DNA of 52,911 nucleotides, taken from positions 1 to 52,911 of the forward strand of contig JBGPLF010000001.1 in assembly GCA_041486265.1 (NCBI GenBank). Direction: 5' to 3'. Positions 1 to 6,952 of the stretch are shown in pieces. Made by a program: the position numbers and the translations under genes. Position 1 is the first letter of the stretch. The number at the start of each line of letters is the position of its first letter. The stretch is from a bacterium. Lineage in GTDB: Bacteria; Sysuimicrobiota; Sysuimicrobiia; Sysuimicrobiales; Humicultoraceae. The notes beneath the pieces were generated by a model. It saw only the letters and a program-made list of their open reading frames with translations, searched no databases and was not told where the DNA came from.

Positions 1-449
1 CCGTTCGCCAGTTCGGCAAGGCCGAAAAGGAGAAGGTCGTCGCCTTCTTCGGCGGAGATCCGCCGCTCTGCGTCTTCTGCGGCGCTACGCCCATTCAACG
101 GTGGGACCACCTGACTCCGGTCTCTAGAGGCGGGGACACTGTATTGGGCAACATTGTCCCTGCTTGTGCCAGGTGCGATGATTCCAAGCGCGATCTGCCG
201 TTCGAGGTCTGGGCGGTCAGCAACGCGCCGAACTCGCCCCGGACGCGCGGTATCCCCGATCTTGATTACCGGCTTTCGAGGATCCGGGAGTACGTAGCAA
301 GATACGCGTACGAGCCGCGCATGCCCGAGAAGCGGCTCAACAGAGAGGAGCTTCGCCAGTTCGGTCTTCTTCGCGAAGACCTTCGCAGACTCCGCAGAGA
401 CTTCGATGCCTTCATCGCGCTCTTCCGTCAACGCACGGGCCTCAAGTAA
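1..449 (+). CDS. HNH endonuclease (5' end outside window)
   Basis: Frame 3 is open from the window edge. The translation ...PPLCVFCGATPIQRWDHLTPVSRGGDTVLGNIVPACARCDDSKRD... shows the CxxC...H...N...CxxC HNH (beta-beta-alpha-Me) pattern. The ORF track lists only the part after the internal Met at 144. Confidence 0.8.
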   Translation, partial: VRQFGKAEKEKVVAFFGGDPPLCVFCGATPIQRWDHLTPVSRGGDTVLGNIVPACARCDDSKRDLPFEVWAVSNAPNSPRTRGIPDLDYRLSRIREYVARYAYEPRMPEKRLNREELRQFGLLREDLRRLRRDFDAFIALFRQRTGLK

Positions 450-701
450 CCGGCGCGGCTCGCCGGCTAACAACCGGATGGGGCTGACTGAGTACCTCCC
501 CCAACAAAGTGGACACCCGAACCTAACGATTGAGGGGGGTGTCCGATGCGAAGCGAGGCGTCAAGCGCCGCAGCTTGGGCGTTAGGCGATCGCCATCCGG
601 TAGTGTCCTAATTTTAGGGGAACAGGAGTAACCCCCTGCGCGTTCTACCGAGTGTGGGCGATAGCAGGAAGAGGAGGGGAGCGAGGTAGAAACCTCCAGT
701 C

Positions 702-1040
702 GTGGCGGCGGCTGGCGACGAGGAGGTATGGAGGGTTACTGATCGCCTCGGGCACACCGTGGTTCTCACGCAGCGTCGCTGGGCACACATTCTGGAACGT
801 CGCCGATTCTTTCGACAACTTGCCGGAGAGCTTCGTCTCACTTGTTCCAAGTCCGAGTGCATCACGGCCGAGGACAACGACGTCTACTACTATCGCCAAG
901 TGGGGAAAAGGTATCGGAGGTACAAAGGTCAGTACATCCTGGCCTGTGCCGAAGATGGTAGCCCGCGCAGGGTGATAACTGCGTATCTCGTTGATCGGTT
1001 TCGCAAGGGGGAGGTCGTGATTTGGCCAGAGACGCCGTAA
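702..1040 (+). CDS. small toxin-like protein (DUF4258-like, paired with DUF2283)
   Basis: 112-aa ORF with a GTG start that overlaps the next ORF by 19 nt. Its size, the ...RRVITAYLV... C-terminal strand and toxin-first order fit the DUF4258/DUF2283 pairing. Family assignment is by eye only. Confidence 0.5.
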   Translation: MAAAGDEEVWRVTDRLGHTVVLTQRRWAHILERRRFFRQLAGELRLTCSKSECITAEDNDVYYYRQVGKRYRRYKGQYILACAEDGSPRRVITAYLVDRFRKGEVVIWPETP

Positions 1041-1297
1041 GAGTTCAAGTATTCTACGATCGGGAGGCTGATATTCTGGAGGTCATGCTTGCAGGGCGTG
1101 ACCCATCGCGGCCATACGTGAGCCGTGAAACAACGCACGGCGTATTCGCCCATGTTGATCCTAAAACCAAGAAGGTTATTGGGTTCGCGCTTCATCATTT
1201 CTCTCAGGACTTCTCCAAGAAGCCATTATCGGTACCTTTGCCTGTGTCCTTTCAATCCCTAAGGATGGTCGAACGCGACCTAGTGCCCGCTAGATAG
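1022..1297 (+). CDS. DUF2283-family antitoxin-like protein
   Basis: 91-aa ORF with a TTG start about 9 nt after GGGGGAGG. The N-terminal VQVFYDREADILEVML matches the YDxEADxLyi hallmark of DUF2283. Confidence 0.6.
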   Translation: MARDAVRVQVFYDREADILEVMLAGRDPSRPYVSRETTHGVFAHVDPKTKKVIGFALHHFSQDFSKKPLSVPLPVSFQSLRMVERDLVPAR

Positions 1298-1402
1298 TTG
1301 CTGTAGCCTCTAGCAATTTAGACAGCGTCCAAGTGCAAGTTTCAAGACCTGCCGCCAGAGCCGGGGCCACCCGAAGTGTGGAATGCACCGCACCTTGTCC
1401 TT

Positions 1403-1798
1403 GATCCCACCCTCCGCCTCAACTATCCTTCCGAGTATGGCGAAAGAGCCGTCGCCTCCCAGCATCCACCCCAACGAAATTCGCTTCGTGTTCGTCCGTG
1501 CCTCGGGCCCGGGCGGCCAGAACGTGAACAAGGTCGCTACGGCGGTCCAGCTTCGGTTTGATCTGCGTCATTCGCGCTCGCTCGACGCCGCGGTCAAGGA
1601 TCGGCTGATGCGGTTGGCCGCGAGCCGGATCACGGCCGGCGGCGAGTTGGTCATAGAGGCAAAACGCTTTCGAACCCAGGAGCGCAACAGACAAGACGCG
1701 CTGGAGCGGCTGCTGCGGCTTATCGAAAGCGCAAGCGTTCCTCCCACGGTCCGGCGCAAGACGAAGCCGTCAGCAGCCTCGAGGCAACACCGCCTGCA
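1403..1798 (+). repeat. direct repeat copy 1 (arfB 5' region plus most of the CDS)
   Basis: Aligns without gaps to 2357-2752. I counted 24 mismatches over 396 positions by eye. Confidence 0.9.
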
Positions 1799-1805
1799 AG
1801 CATGA
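1437..1805 (+). pseudogene. arfB: 3'-truncated copy of peptidyl-tRNA hydrolase ArfB (lacks C-terminal basic tail)
   Basis: MAKEPSPPSIHPNEIRFVFVRASGPGGQNVNK... carries the GGQ motif. It ends ...SRQHRLQA*, where the intact copy continues ...RLQSKRHRAVTKRLRSRTLSRDE. The ArfB C-terminal tail is needed for ribosome binding in characterised homologs. Confidence 0.7.
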
Positions 1806-1881
1806 TGGATGGCCTATGGTGCTGGGGTAAGTTTCGGGGTATCCTGAGCCTGCTGCCGAGGGCGCAGCGTGGGAGGGGTCG

Positions 1882-2064
1882 ATGTCAGGGAGCACCGCCA
1901 AACAGAAGGTTCTCGAGGCGATCGAAAAGCTGCCAGCGGATGCGACGCTCGAGGATGCCATAGAGCGGCTGGTTTTCCTGGCCAAGGTTGAGCGGGGGTT
2001 GGCGGAACTGGACGCCGGAAAGGGCGTCGACCACGCCGAGGCGAAACGACGACTTCTCCGGTGA
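1882..2064 (+). CDS. ParD/RelB-like antitoxin (cassette 1)
   Basis: 60-aa ORF with ATG after GGGAGGGG. ...LEAIEKLPADATLEDAIERLVFLAKVERGLAELDAGKGV... is a paralog of the 3033-3221 product. Its stop overlaps the toxin start (GTGA). Confidence 0.7.
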   Translation: MSGSTAKQKVLEAIEKLPADATLEDAIERLVFLAKVERGLAELDAGKGVDHAEAKRRLLR

Positions 2065-2347
2065 CCCGGGTCATCTGGGCACCTCAAGCGATCGAGGACG
2101 TCCAGGCGATACGAACATACGTGGCGCGCGACTCGGCTCACTACGCCGACCTCGTAGTGGAGCGTATCCTAGCCGCGGTTGTACGCCTCGAGAGCCACCC
2201 GCTATCCGGACGGTCGTACCCGAGGTTGCCGACGAATCACTCCGCGAGGTCATCCGGGGTAACTACCGAATTGTGTACCGCCTGAAGCGCGATGTTGTCG
2301 AGATTGTCACGGTATTTCACGGTGCCCGCTTGTTTCAGCTCGACTGA
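2061..2347 (+). pseudogene. frameshifted ParE/RelE-family toxin
   Basis: The N-terminal half (MTRVIWAPQAIEDVQAIRTYVARDSAHYADLVVERILAAVVRLESHPLSGR) is in one frame. The C-terminal half (TVVPEVADESLREVIRGNYRIVYRLKRDVVEIVTVFHGARLFQLD) is in another. Joined, they align along the intact toxin at 3206-3496. The frame change is near 2205-2215. Confidence 0.75.
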
Positions 2348-2356
2348 GACAGCGGC

Positions 2357-2752
2357 GATCCCACCCTCCGCCTCAACTATCCTGCCGAGTATGGCGAAAG
2401 AGCCCGGGCCTCCCAGCGTCCACCCCAACGAAATTCGCTTCATGTTCGTCCGTGCCTCGGGCCCGGGCGGCCAGAATGTGAACAAGGTCGCCACTGCGGT
2501 TCAGCTTCGGTTTGATCTGCGCCATTCGCGCGCTCTCGACGCCGCGGGCAAGGATCGGCTGAGGCGGTTGGCCGCGGGCCGGATCACGGCCGGCGGCGAG
2601 TTGGTCATAGAGGCAAAGCGCTTTCGAACCCAGGAGCGCAACAGACAAGACGCGCTGGGACGCCTACTGCGGCTTATCGAAAGCGCAAGCGTTCGTCCCA
2701 CGGTCCGGCAGAAGACGAAGCCGTCAGCAGCCTCGAGGCAACACCGCCTGCA
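2357..2752 (+). repeat. direct repeat copy 2 (arfB)
   Basis: See copy 1. The repeat starts immediately after the ParE pseudogene stop. Confidence 0.9.
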
Positions 2753-2816
2753 GTCAAAGCGTCACCGCGCTGTCACGAAGCGACTCCGCAGCCGAACCCT
2801 ATCCCGGGACGAGTGA
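2391..2816 (+). CDS. arfB: ribosome-rescue peptidyl-tRNA hydrolase ArfB (YaeJ), intact
   Basis: 141 aa from MAKEPGPP. It has the GGQ motif (RASGPGGQNVNK) and a full basic C-terminal tail, and is colinear with E. coli ArfB as I recall it. The ORF-track start at 2292 lies inside the upstream pseudogene and is rejected. Confidence 0.85.
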   Translation: MAKEPGPPSVHPNEIRFMFVRASGPGGQNVNKVATAVQLRFDLRHSRALDAAGKDRLRRLAAGRITAGGELVIEAKRFRTQERNRQDALGRLLRLIESASVRPTVRQKTKPSAASRQHRLQSKRHRAVTKRLRSRTLSRDE

Positions 2817-3032
2817 TCTTGTGCTCATGGCAGCCGTATTCAGCGGCTTTCTCGGCGCGTTCTGGTATTCGCCCGCCATGTTGCTCCGCCCGTGGGCGGT
2901 CATGCGGCCGACAGCCTTCGGCCGCGGCCAATGCCGAACGTTCCAGACGACCGGCCCCTCGTCTACAAGTGGCCGATGGGTAGCTGGTGGACCGTTGAGA
3001 TTCCCGGTAGAGTGGTGGCATGGAGGTCGACC

Positions 3033-3221
3033 ATGAAGACTGCCAAAGATGACGTTCGCGAGCTACTTGAAGGGCTACCCGATGACGCTTCTCTGGAGGA
3101 TATTCAGTATCACATCTACGTGCGCCAGAAGGTCCAGAAGGGCTTGGAAGCTGCCAGAGAAGGGCGAACGCTGACGCACGAGGAAGTGACCCGTCGGATG
3201 TCTCGGTGGCTCGAGAAGTAG
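3033..3221 (+). CDS. ParD/RelB-like antitoxin (cassette 2)
   Basis: ATG at 3033 is preceded by GGAGG. MKTAKDDVRELLEGLPDDASLEDIQYHIYVRQKVQKGLEAAREGRTLTHEEV... overlaps the toxin start. Confidence 0.75.
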   Translation: MKTAKDDVRELLEGLPDDASLEDIQYHIYVRQKVQKGLEAAREGRTLTHEEVTRRMSRWLEK

Positions 3222-3496
3222 TCTGGACGGAGCCCGCCTGGGAAGATCTCGAGGCGGCTGCAGAGTACATCGCTCGCGACTCGGAGTACTATGCTGCCGC
3301 GTTCGTGCGAGAAGTGAGGGAAGCGGCGGAGTCACTCAGCGAGTTTGCAGAGCGCGGCCAGATTGTCCCAGAGTTTCGCGACCCCGCTATCAGAGAACTG
3401 CTCGTTCGCCCGTACAGGTTGATCTACGGGTTGAGTTCCTCCCGGGTTACGATCATTGCGGTGATCCATGGTGCGCGCAGGGCGTGGCGACAATGA
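3206..3496 (+). CDS. ParE/RelE-family toxin, intact
   Basis: 96 aa with a GTG start. ...VVWTEPAWEDLEAAAEYIARDS...RPYRLIYGL...VTIIAVIHGAR is a typical ParE_toxin (PF05016-like) pattern. Confidence 0.8.
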   Translation: MAREVVWTEPAWEDLEAAAEYIARDSEYYAAAFVREVREAAESLSEFAERGQIVPEFRDPAIRELLVRPYRLIYGLSSSRVTIIAVIHGARRAWRQ

Positions 3497-3546
3497 ACGC
3501 CGATGCCGGATAACATGCGGCTGGCCGCCTCGAGGGCTGCGCGTCT

Positions 3547-3855
3547 TTAGGCGACCTTGGCGCGGCGTCTTGAGGGCGTGAGCACGAACCTCACGCGGGT
3601 GCCAAGACGTGCCAGCAGGTCGATGAGGCCGTCCGTGCTGAAGAGGTCGATGCGTCCCCTCATTAGATCGCTGACCCTCGGCTGCGTTACTCCAAGCAGC
3701 CTCGCCGCTTCTGCCTGCTTCAGGCGGCGCTCTCCGATCGTCTTCTGCAGCTCGATGAGCAGGTCCGATCGGATCCGCAGATGCTCGGCTTCCTCTGGCG
3801 GGAAGCCGAGGTCGCGGAACACATCCCCGGTCGAGCGTGTGACCTTGAGTCTCAT
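3547..3855 (-). CDS. higA: HigA-type XRE/HTH antitoxin
   Basis: MRLKVTRSTGDVFRDLGFPPEEAEHLRIRSDLLIELQKTI...LKQAEAARLLGVTQPRVSDLMRGRIDLFSTDGLIDLLARLG is the HTH_37-like antitoxin pattern. The ATG at 3855 is preferred over the TTG at 3861. Confidence 0.85.
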   Translation of the reverse strand: MRLKVTRSTGDVFRDLGFPPEEAEHLRIRSDLLIELQKTIGERRLKQAEAARLLGVTQPRVSDLMRGRIDLFSTDGLIDLLARLGTRVRFVLTPSRRRAKVA

Positions 3856-3862
3856 GACCAAG

Positions 3863-4186
3863 TTACCTCCATCCTCGCTCCCGTTCCTGCAGAAGCAGCC
3901 TCAAACGGCGTCTTGCGATCTCCAACTCCCGCTGAGGCGTTTTCCACGAACGCTTCTGGAACGCAACATACAAGTATCAGCATACAGTGTCAAGGAGCGC
4001 CGAGACGGGTCGCCCGACGGTCTGGATCGCCCTCCCCGAGAAGGCGCGGCGCCCGCAGCTCGATGGTCCGCGCCTGCGCGTCACGCGCTTCTCCGGCGCA
4101 GCGCTCACCGCGGGGATTGAGACGCGCAGGCGCGAAGGCGTCCACGTTCGCATCTACTCCCAGACCGTTGACGGCGCTCCAACCAT
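3863..4186 (-). pseudogene. higB: decayed HigB/RelE-like toxin
   Basis: The C-terminal 37 codons (YLYVAFQKRSWKTPQRELEIARRRLRLLLQERERGWR*) match the ...YVLHAFQKKsqkTp..elelA.rRl... tail of HigB-type toxins. An in-frame TGA (3977-3979) sits directly upstream. N-terminal similarity (MVGAPSTVW..., ...VDAFAPAR..., ...TIELR...) is spread over other frames. Confidence 0.55.
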
Positions 4187-4257
4187 TATTTATAGTTAGC
4201 CTATAAGACTTAATAGAAGTCTGACCTGTGATGCTCCGCTGAATAGGGGGGCTTGCG

Positions 4258-5421
4258 ATGCAGCGCGGCGCGACGGGTAAGTTCGACGTGGTCACCGTGG
4301 GCGGCGAGCGCGTCCGTGCCTTCGTTCCCCATCCACTGCCGCCGAAGTCGCCCATCATGCTCGACGGCTCGTTGCAGGCGCTGCTTGAACAGGCGGTCCT
4401 GGCCCTCGGGCGCCTGGATAGCATAGCCACGCTCCTGCCCGACACTGCCCTGTTCCTCTACACGTACGTCCGGAAGGAGGCGGTGCTCTCGTCGCAGATC
4501 GAGGGGACCCAGTCCTCGCTCGCGGATCTCCTGCTGTTCGAGTTGGAAGAGGCGCCCGGCGTCCCTGTTGACGACGTGGTCGAAGTGTCCAACTATGTCG
4601 CGGCAATGGAGCACGGCCTGCGGCGGCTGAGGGAGGGCTTTCCGCTCAGCAACCGCCTCATCCGCGAGATCCACGGCATCTTGCTTTCCCGCGGCCGCGG
4701 AAGCCACAAGGACCCTGGCCACTTCCGGAAGTCGCAGAACTGGATCGGAGGGACTCGACCCGGCAATGCCGCCTTCGTTCCGCCGCCACCCCATGCTGTC
4801 GCCGACTGCATGTCCGAGCTAGAGAAGTTTCTTCATGCCGACAGCAGCGCGTTTCCCATTCTTGTGAAGGCCGGACTGGCGCACGTCCAGTTCGAGACGA
4901 TCCACCCGTTCCTGGACGGCAACGGGCGCATCGGCCGGCTGCTGATCACGTTCCTGCTCTGCCATGCCGGCGTGCTGCAGGAGCCGATCCTCTACCTGAG
5001 TCTGTTCTTCAAGCAGCACCGCGACGATTACTACCGGTCGCTCGACGAGGTTCGAAAGACCGGCGACTGGGAAGCGTGGTTGGGCTTCTTCCTGGAGGGG
5101 GTGCGAACCACGGCCGCGGGCGCGGTGTCAACGGCCCAACGGCTTGTCGGCCTGTTTCAGGAGGATGGCAACCGCATCCAGCAGCAGGGTCGGGTCGCAG
5201 GTTCGGCGCTCCGCGTGCACCAGGTATTGAAGGAGCGCCCGATCATGACGCTGCAAGAGGCCCGCCGGCGCGCGGGACTCTCATTCCCTGCGGCCTCCTC
5301 GGGCATGAAGGTGCTGACTGATCTGGGGGTCGCCAGGGAACTCACGGGGAGGCGGCGCAACCGCCTGTTCGGATATGATCGGTACATGGCGATCCTCAAT
5401 GAAGGAACGGAGCCACTGTAG
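4258..5421 (+). CDS. Fic family protein (AMPylase-type, class II with N-terminal inhibitory helix)
   Basis: 387 aa. The Fic motif HPFLDGNGRIGR is at 4903-4938. The inhibitory [ST]xxxE[GN] motif SSQIEG is at 4489-4506. The C-terminal region looks winged-helix-like. Confidence 0.9.
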   Translation: MQRGATGKFDVVTVGGERVRAFVPHPLPPKSPIMLDGSLQALLEQAVLALGRLDSIATLLPDTALFLYTYVRKEAVLSSQIEGTQSSLADLLLFELEEAPGVPVDDVVEVSNYVAAMEHGLRRLREGFPLSNRLIREIHGILLSRGRGSHKDPGHFRKSQNWIGGTRPGNAAFVPPPPHAVADCMSELEKFLHADSSAFPILVKAGLAHVQFETIHPFLDGNGRIGRLLITFLLCHAGVLQEPILYLSLFFKQHRDDYYRSLDEVRKTGDWEAWLGFFLEGVRTTAAGAVSTAQRLVGLFQEDGNRIQQQGRVAGSALRVHQVLKERPIMTLQEARRRAGLSFPAASSGMKVLTDLGVARELTGRRRNRLFGYDRYMAILNEGTEPL

Positions 5422-5524
5422 TCTGAGGACGCGATGCGGCGCCGGAGGCTGAAGTGTTGAGCCCGGCGCCTGCACACGGCGAATCTCTTCGCCGTGGTGC
5501 GCCAGCTCCAGCTCGCCACTTGGC

Positions 5525-5553
5525 TTGACGGATGACGATTCCCTACGTATATT
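5525..5553 (+). promoter_or_regulatory. putative sigma70-type promoter of mazEF with overlapping imperfect inverted repeat
   Basis: TTGACG (5525-5530), a 17-nt spacer, then TATATT (5548-5553). The arms ACGTATAT / ATATCCGT flank the -10, giving a possible MazE operator. Confidence 0.45.
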
Positions 5554-5578
5554 CATTGTATATCCGTCGGGAGGATGT

Positions 5579-5821
5579 ATGCAGACCAAGATTCAGAAGT
5601 GGGGAAACAGCCTCGGGCTTCGCATCCCGCGGTCCTTTGCTGCCGAGGCGCAGGTCGGGGAAGGGTCAACGGTGGATGTGTCGGTTGAAAACGGATGCCT
5701 CCGGATCCGTCCTGTTCGGGCTCGGAGGTACGTGCTGCGGGAACTCCTCAAGGGAATCAGGCCGCGGAACTTGCATGCTGAGGTTCCGAGCGGAGGACCG
5801 GTTGGCAGGGAGGCGTGGTAG
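5579..5821 (+). CDS. mazE: MazE/AbrB-SpoVT family antitoxin
   Basis: ATG at 5579 follows GGGAGGA. MQTKIQKWGNSLGLRIPRSFAAEAQV... is the classic MazE N-terminus. Confidence 0.85.
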   Translation: MQTKIQKWGNSLGLRIPRSFAAEAQVGEGSTVDVSVENGCLRIRPVRARRYVLRELLKGIRPRNLHAEVPSGGPVGREAW

Positions 5822-6177
5822 TGGCGCCCTCCTACGTCCCAGAGCGAGGGGATCTCGTTTGGCTCCAGTTCAACCCGCAGGCAGGCCATGAGCAGGCGGG
5901 TCATCGGCCAGCCTTGGTGGTCTCTCCGAGATCGTACAACCGTCGGGTCGGTCTGGCGCTTTTCTGCCCGATCACGTCGCAGGTCAAAGGCTATCCTTTT
6001 GAGGTGCTTCTTCCGAAAGGCCTCGCTGTCGACGGAGCGGTGCTGTCAGATCAGCTGAAGAGCCTGGACTGGCGGGCCCGCAAGGCGAAGCGCGTCGGGC
6101 GGTTGCCAGACGACGCGATGGCCGAGACGGTGGGCAAGATCCTCGCCCTGATCGACCCCGATGACGAGGCTCGCTAG
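5815..6177 (+). CDS. mazF: MazF/PemK endoribonuclease toxin
   Basis: The GTG start overlaps the mazE stop. ...YVPERGDLVWLQFNPQAGHEQAGHRPALVVSP...LALFCPITSQVKGYPFEV... is the PemK pattern. Confidence 0.9.
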   Translation: MVVAPSYVPERGDLVWLQFNPQAGHEQAGHRPALVVSPRSYNRRVGLALFCPITSQVKGYPFEVLLPKGLAVDGAVLSDQLKSLDWRARKAKRVGRLPDDAMAETVGKILALIDPDDEAR

Positions 6178-6516
6178 CAACGCCATCCGTCGTCGTCCAC
6201 TGCTACACCACTCCCGACGACATCGAGGACGAGGACAACCTCGACCAGCTCGGCGCCTTTTGCCGGAAGATGGAACGGAAGACCTACCTAGGGTGTCCCA
6301 CGCCTCGTTGCGATACGGATGCGTTCCTGACGCGAAGGTCGGGTTGCGGGTGTTGTCCGCCTGCGGTGGTAGACTGCTCAGGCCGGAGAGCCCTTTCCGG
6401 GGCCGCAGGCGTCGAGGAGCTTTGTGGCGGGGCGACGCCCGCGCGCCGTCCACGGTTGTATTCTGGCGTACCAGGGGCACGACCTGGGGGTTGACCCAAG
6501 TTGCCCGTACCCCCCA

Positions 6517-6876
6517 TCAGGGGTGGCCGATATTATAACGATTACAACCCGAAACGGGCTGAAAATCAGTCCAGATGCGGGTTCGGCAACGTGGACGCAT
6601 ACGGAACTGGACAGGGACACCTCGACGCGGCCCAACGGGAACGTCTTGCGAGGATCGGGTCCATTGCCGAGCGGAGGGCCTCCCGTCGATCGGGTCGGTG
6701 GCGATGTTGAGCCGGGCGCCCCACCCCAATGTTGCCACTATGTCCTCGTCGGATGCCGCCCTGACGATCCTGATGTTGCGTTTCAGCACATTTGCTGCCG
6801 CGTCTTCGGATTTGAAGCGACCCGCGGCCTTCACTACCTCGGGGCACTCATCGATGGAACGCATCCCAGATGAACC
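6517..6876 (-). pseudogene. truncated, frameshifted paralog fragment of the 7951-8811 gene
   Basis: FIWDAFHR (one frame) followed by PEVVKAAGRFKSEDAAANVLKRNIRIVRAASDEDIVATLGWGARL (next frame) aligns to FIWDAFHRWMPDVVKAAGHLKTEDAAASVLKRYIRIVGVAELPDIQATFGWQARI of the full gene. The fragment has one extra nt near 6846-6852. No N-terminal part is present. Confidence 0.7.
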
Positions 6877-6952
6877 TGGGTCAAGTGAGTTGCCAGTGTC
6901 TGAGATCGGTGCCGGCCCGGAGACGTTGGCAACAGGAACGTCTTTGGAAGCG

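Noticed and set aside
451-620. Possible integron attC sites / cassette boundaries. An RYYYAAC-like core ACCTAAC sits near 521-527 and a GTTRRRY-like core GTTAGGC near 571-577. Hairpins are at 451-467 and 511-544.
   Set aside because: The sequence between the two core-like heptamers lacks the required L'/L'' complementarity. No comparable sites recur at other cassette junctions, cassettes are in mixed orientation with their own promoters, and no intI is visible. The hairpins may simply be terminator-like structures after the HNH gene.
2200-2220. ParE frame change as programmed ribosomal frameshifting
   Set aside because: There is no slippery heptamer or downstream structure at the site (..CTATCCGGACGGTCG..). 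A mutational or sequencing indel is more likely.
3977-3979. In-frame TGA in the HigB relic as selenocysteine or programmed readthrough
   Set aside because: No SECIS-like hairpin is evident downstream. The N-terminal similarity is additionally scattered over other frames. Toxin decay is the simpler explanation.
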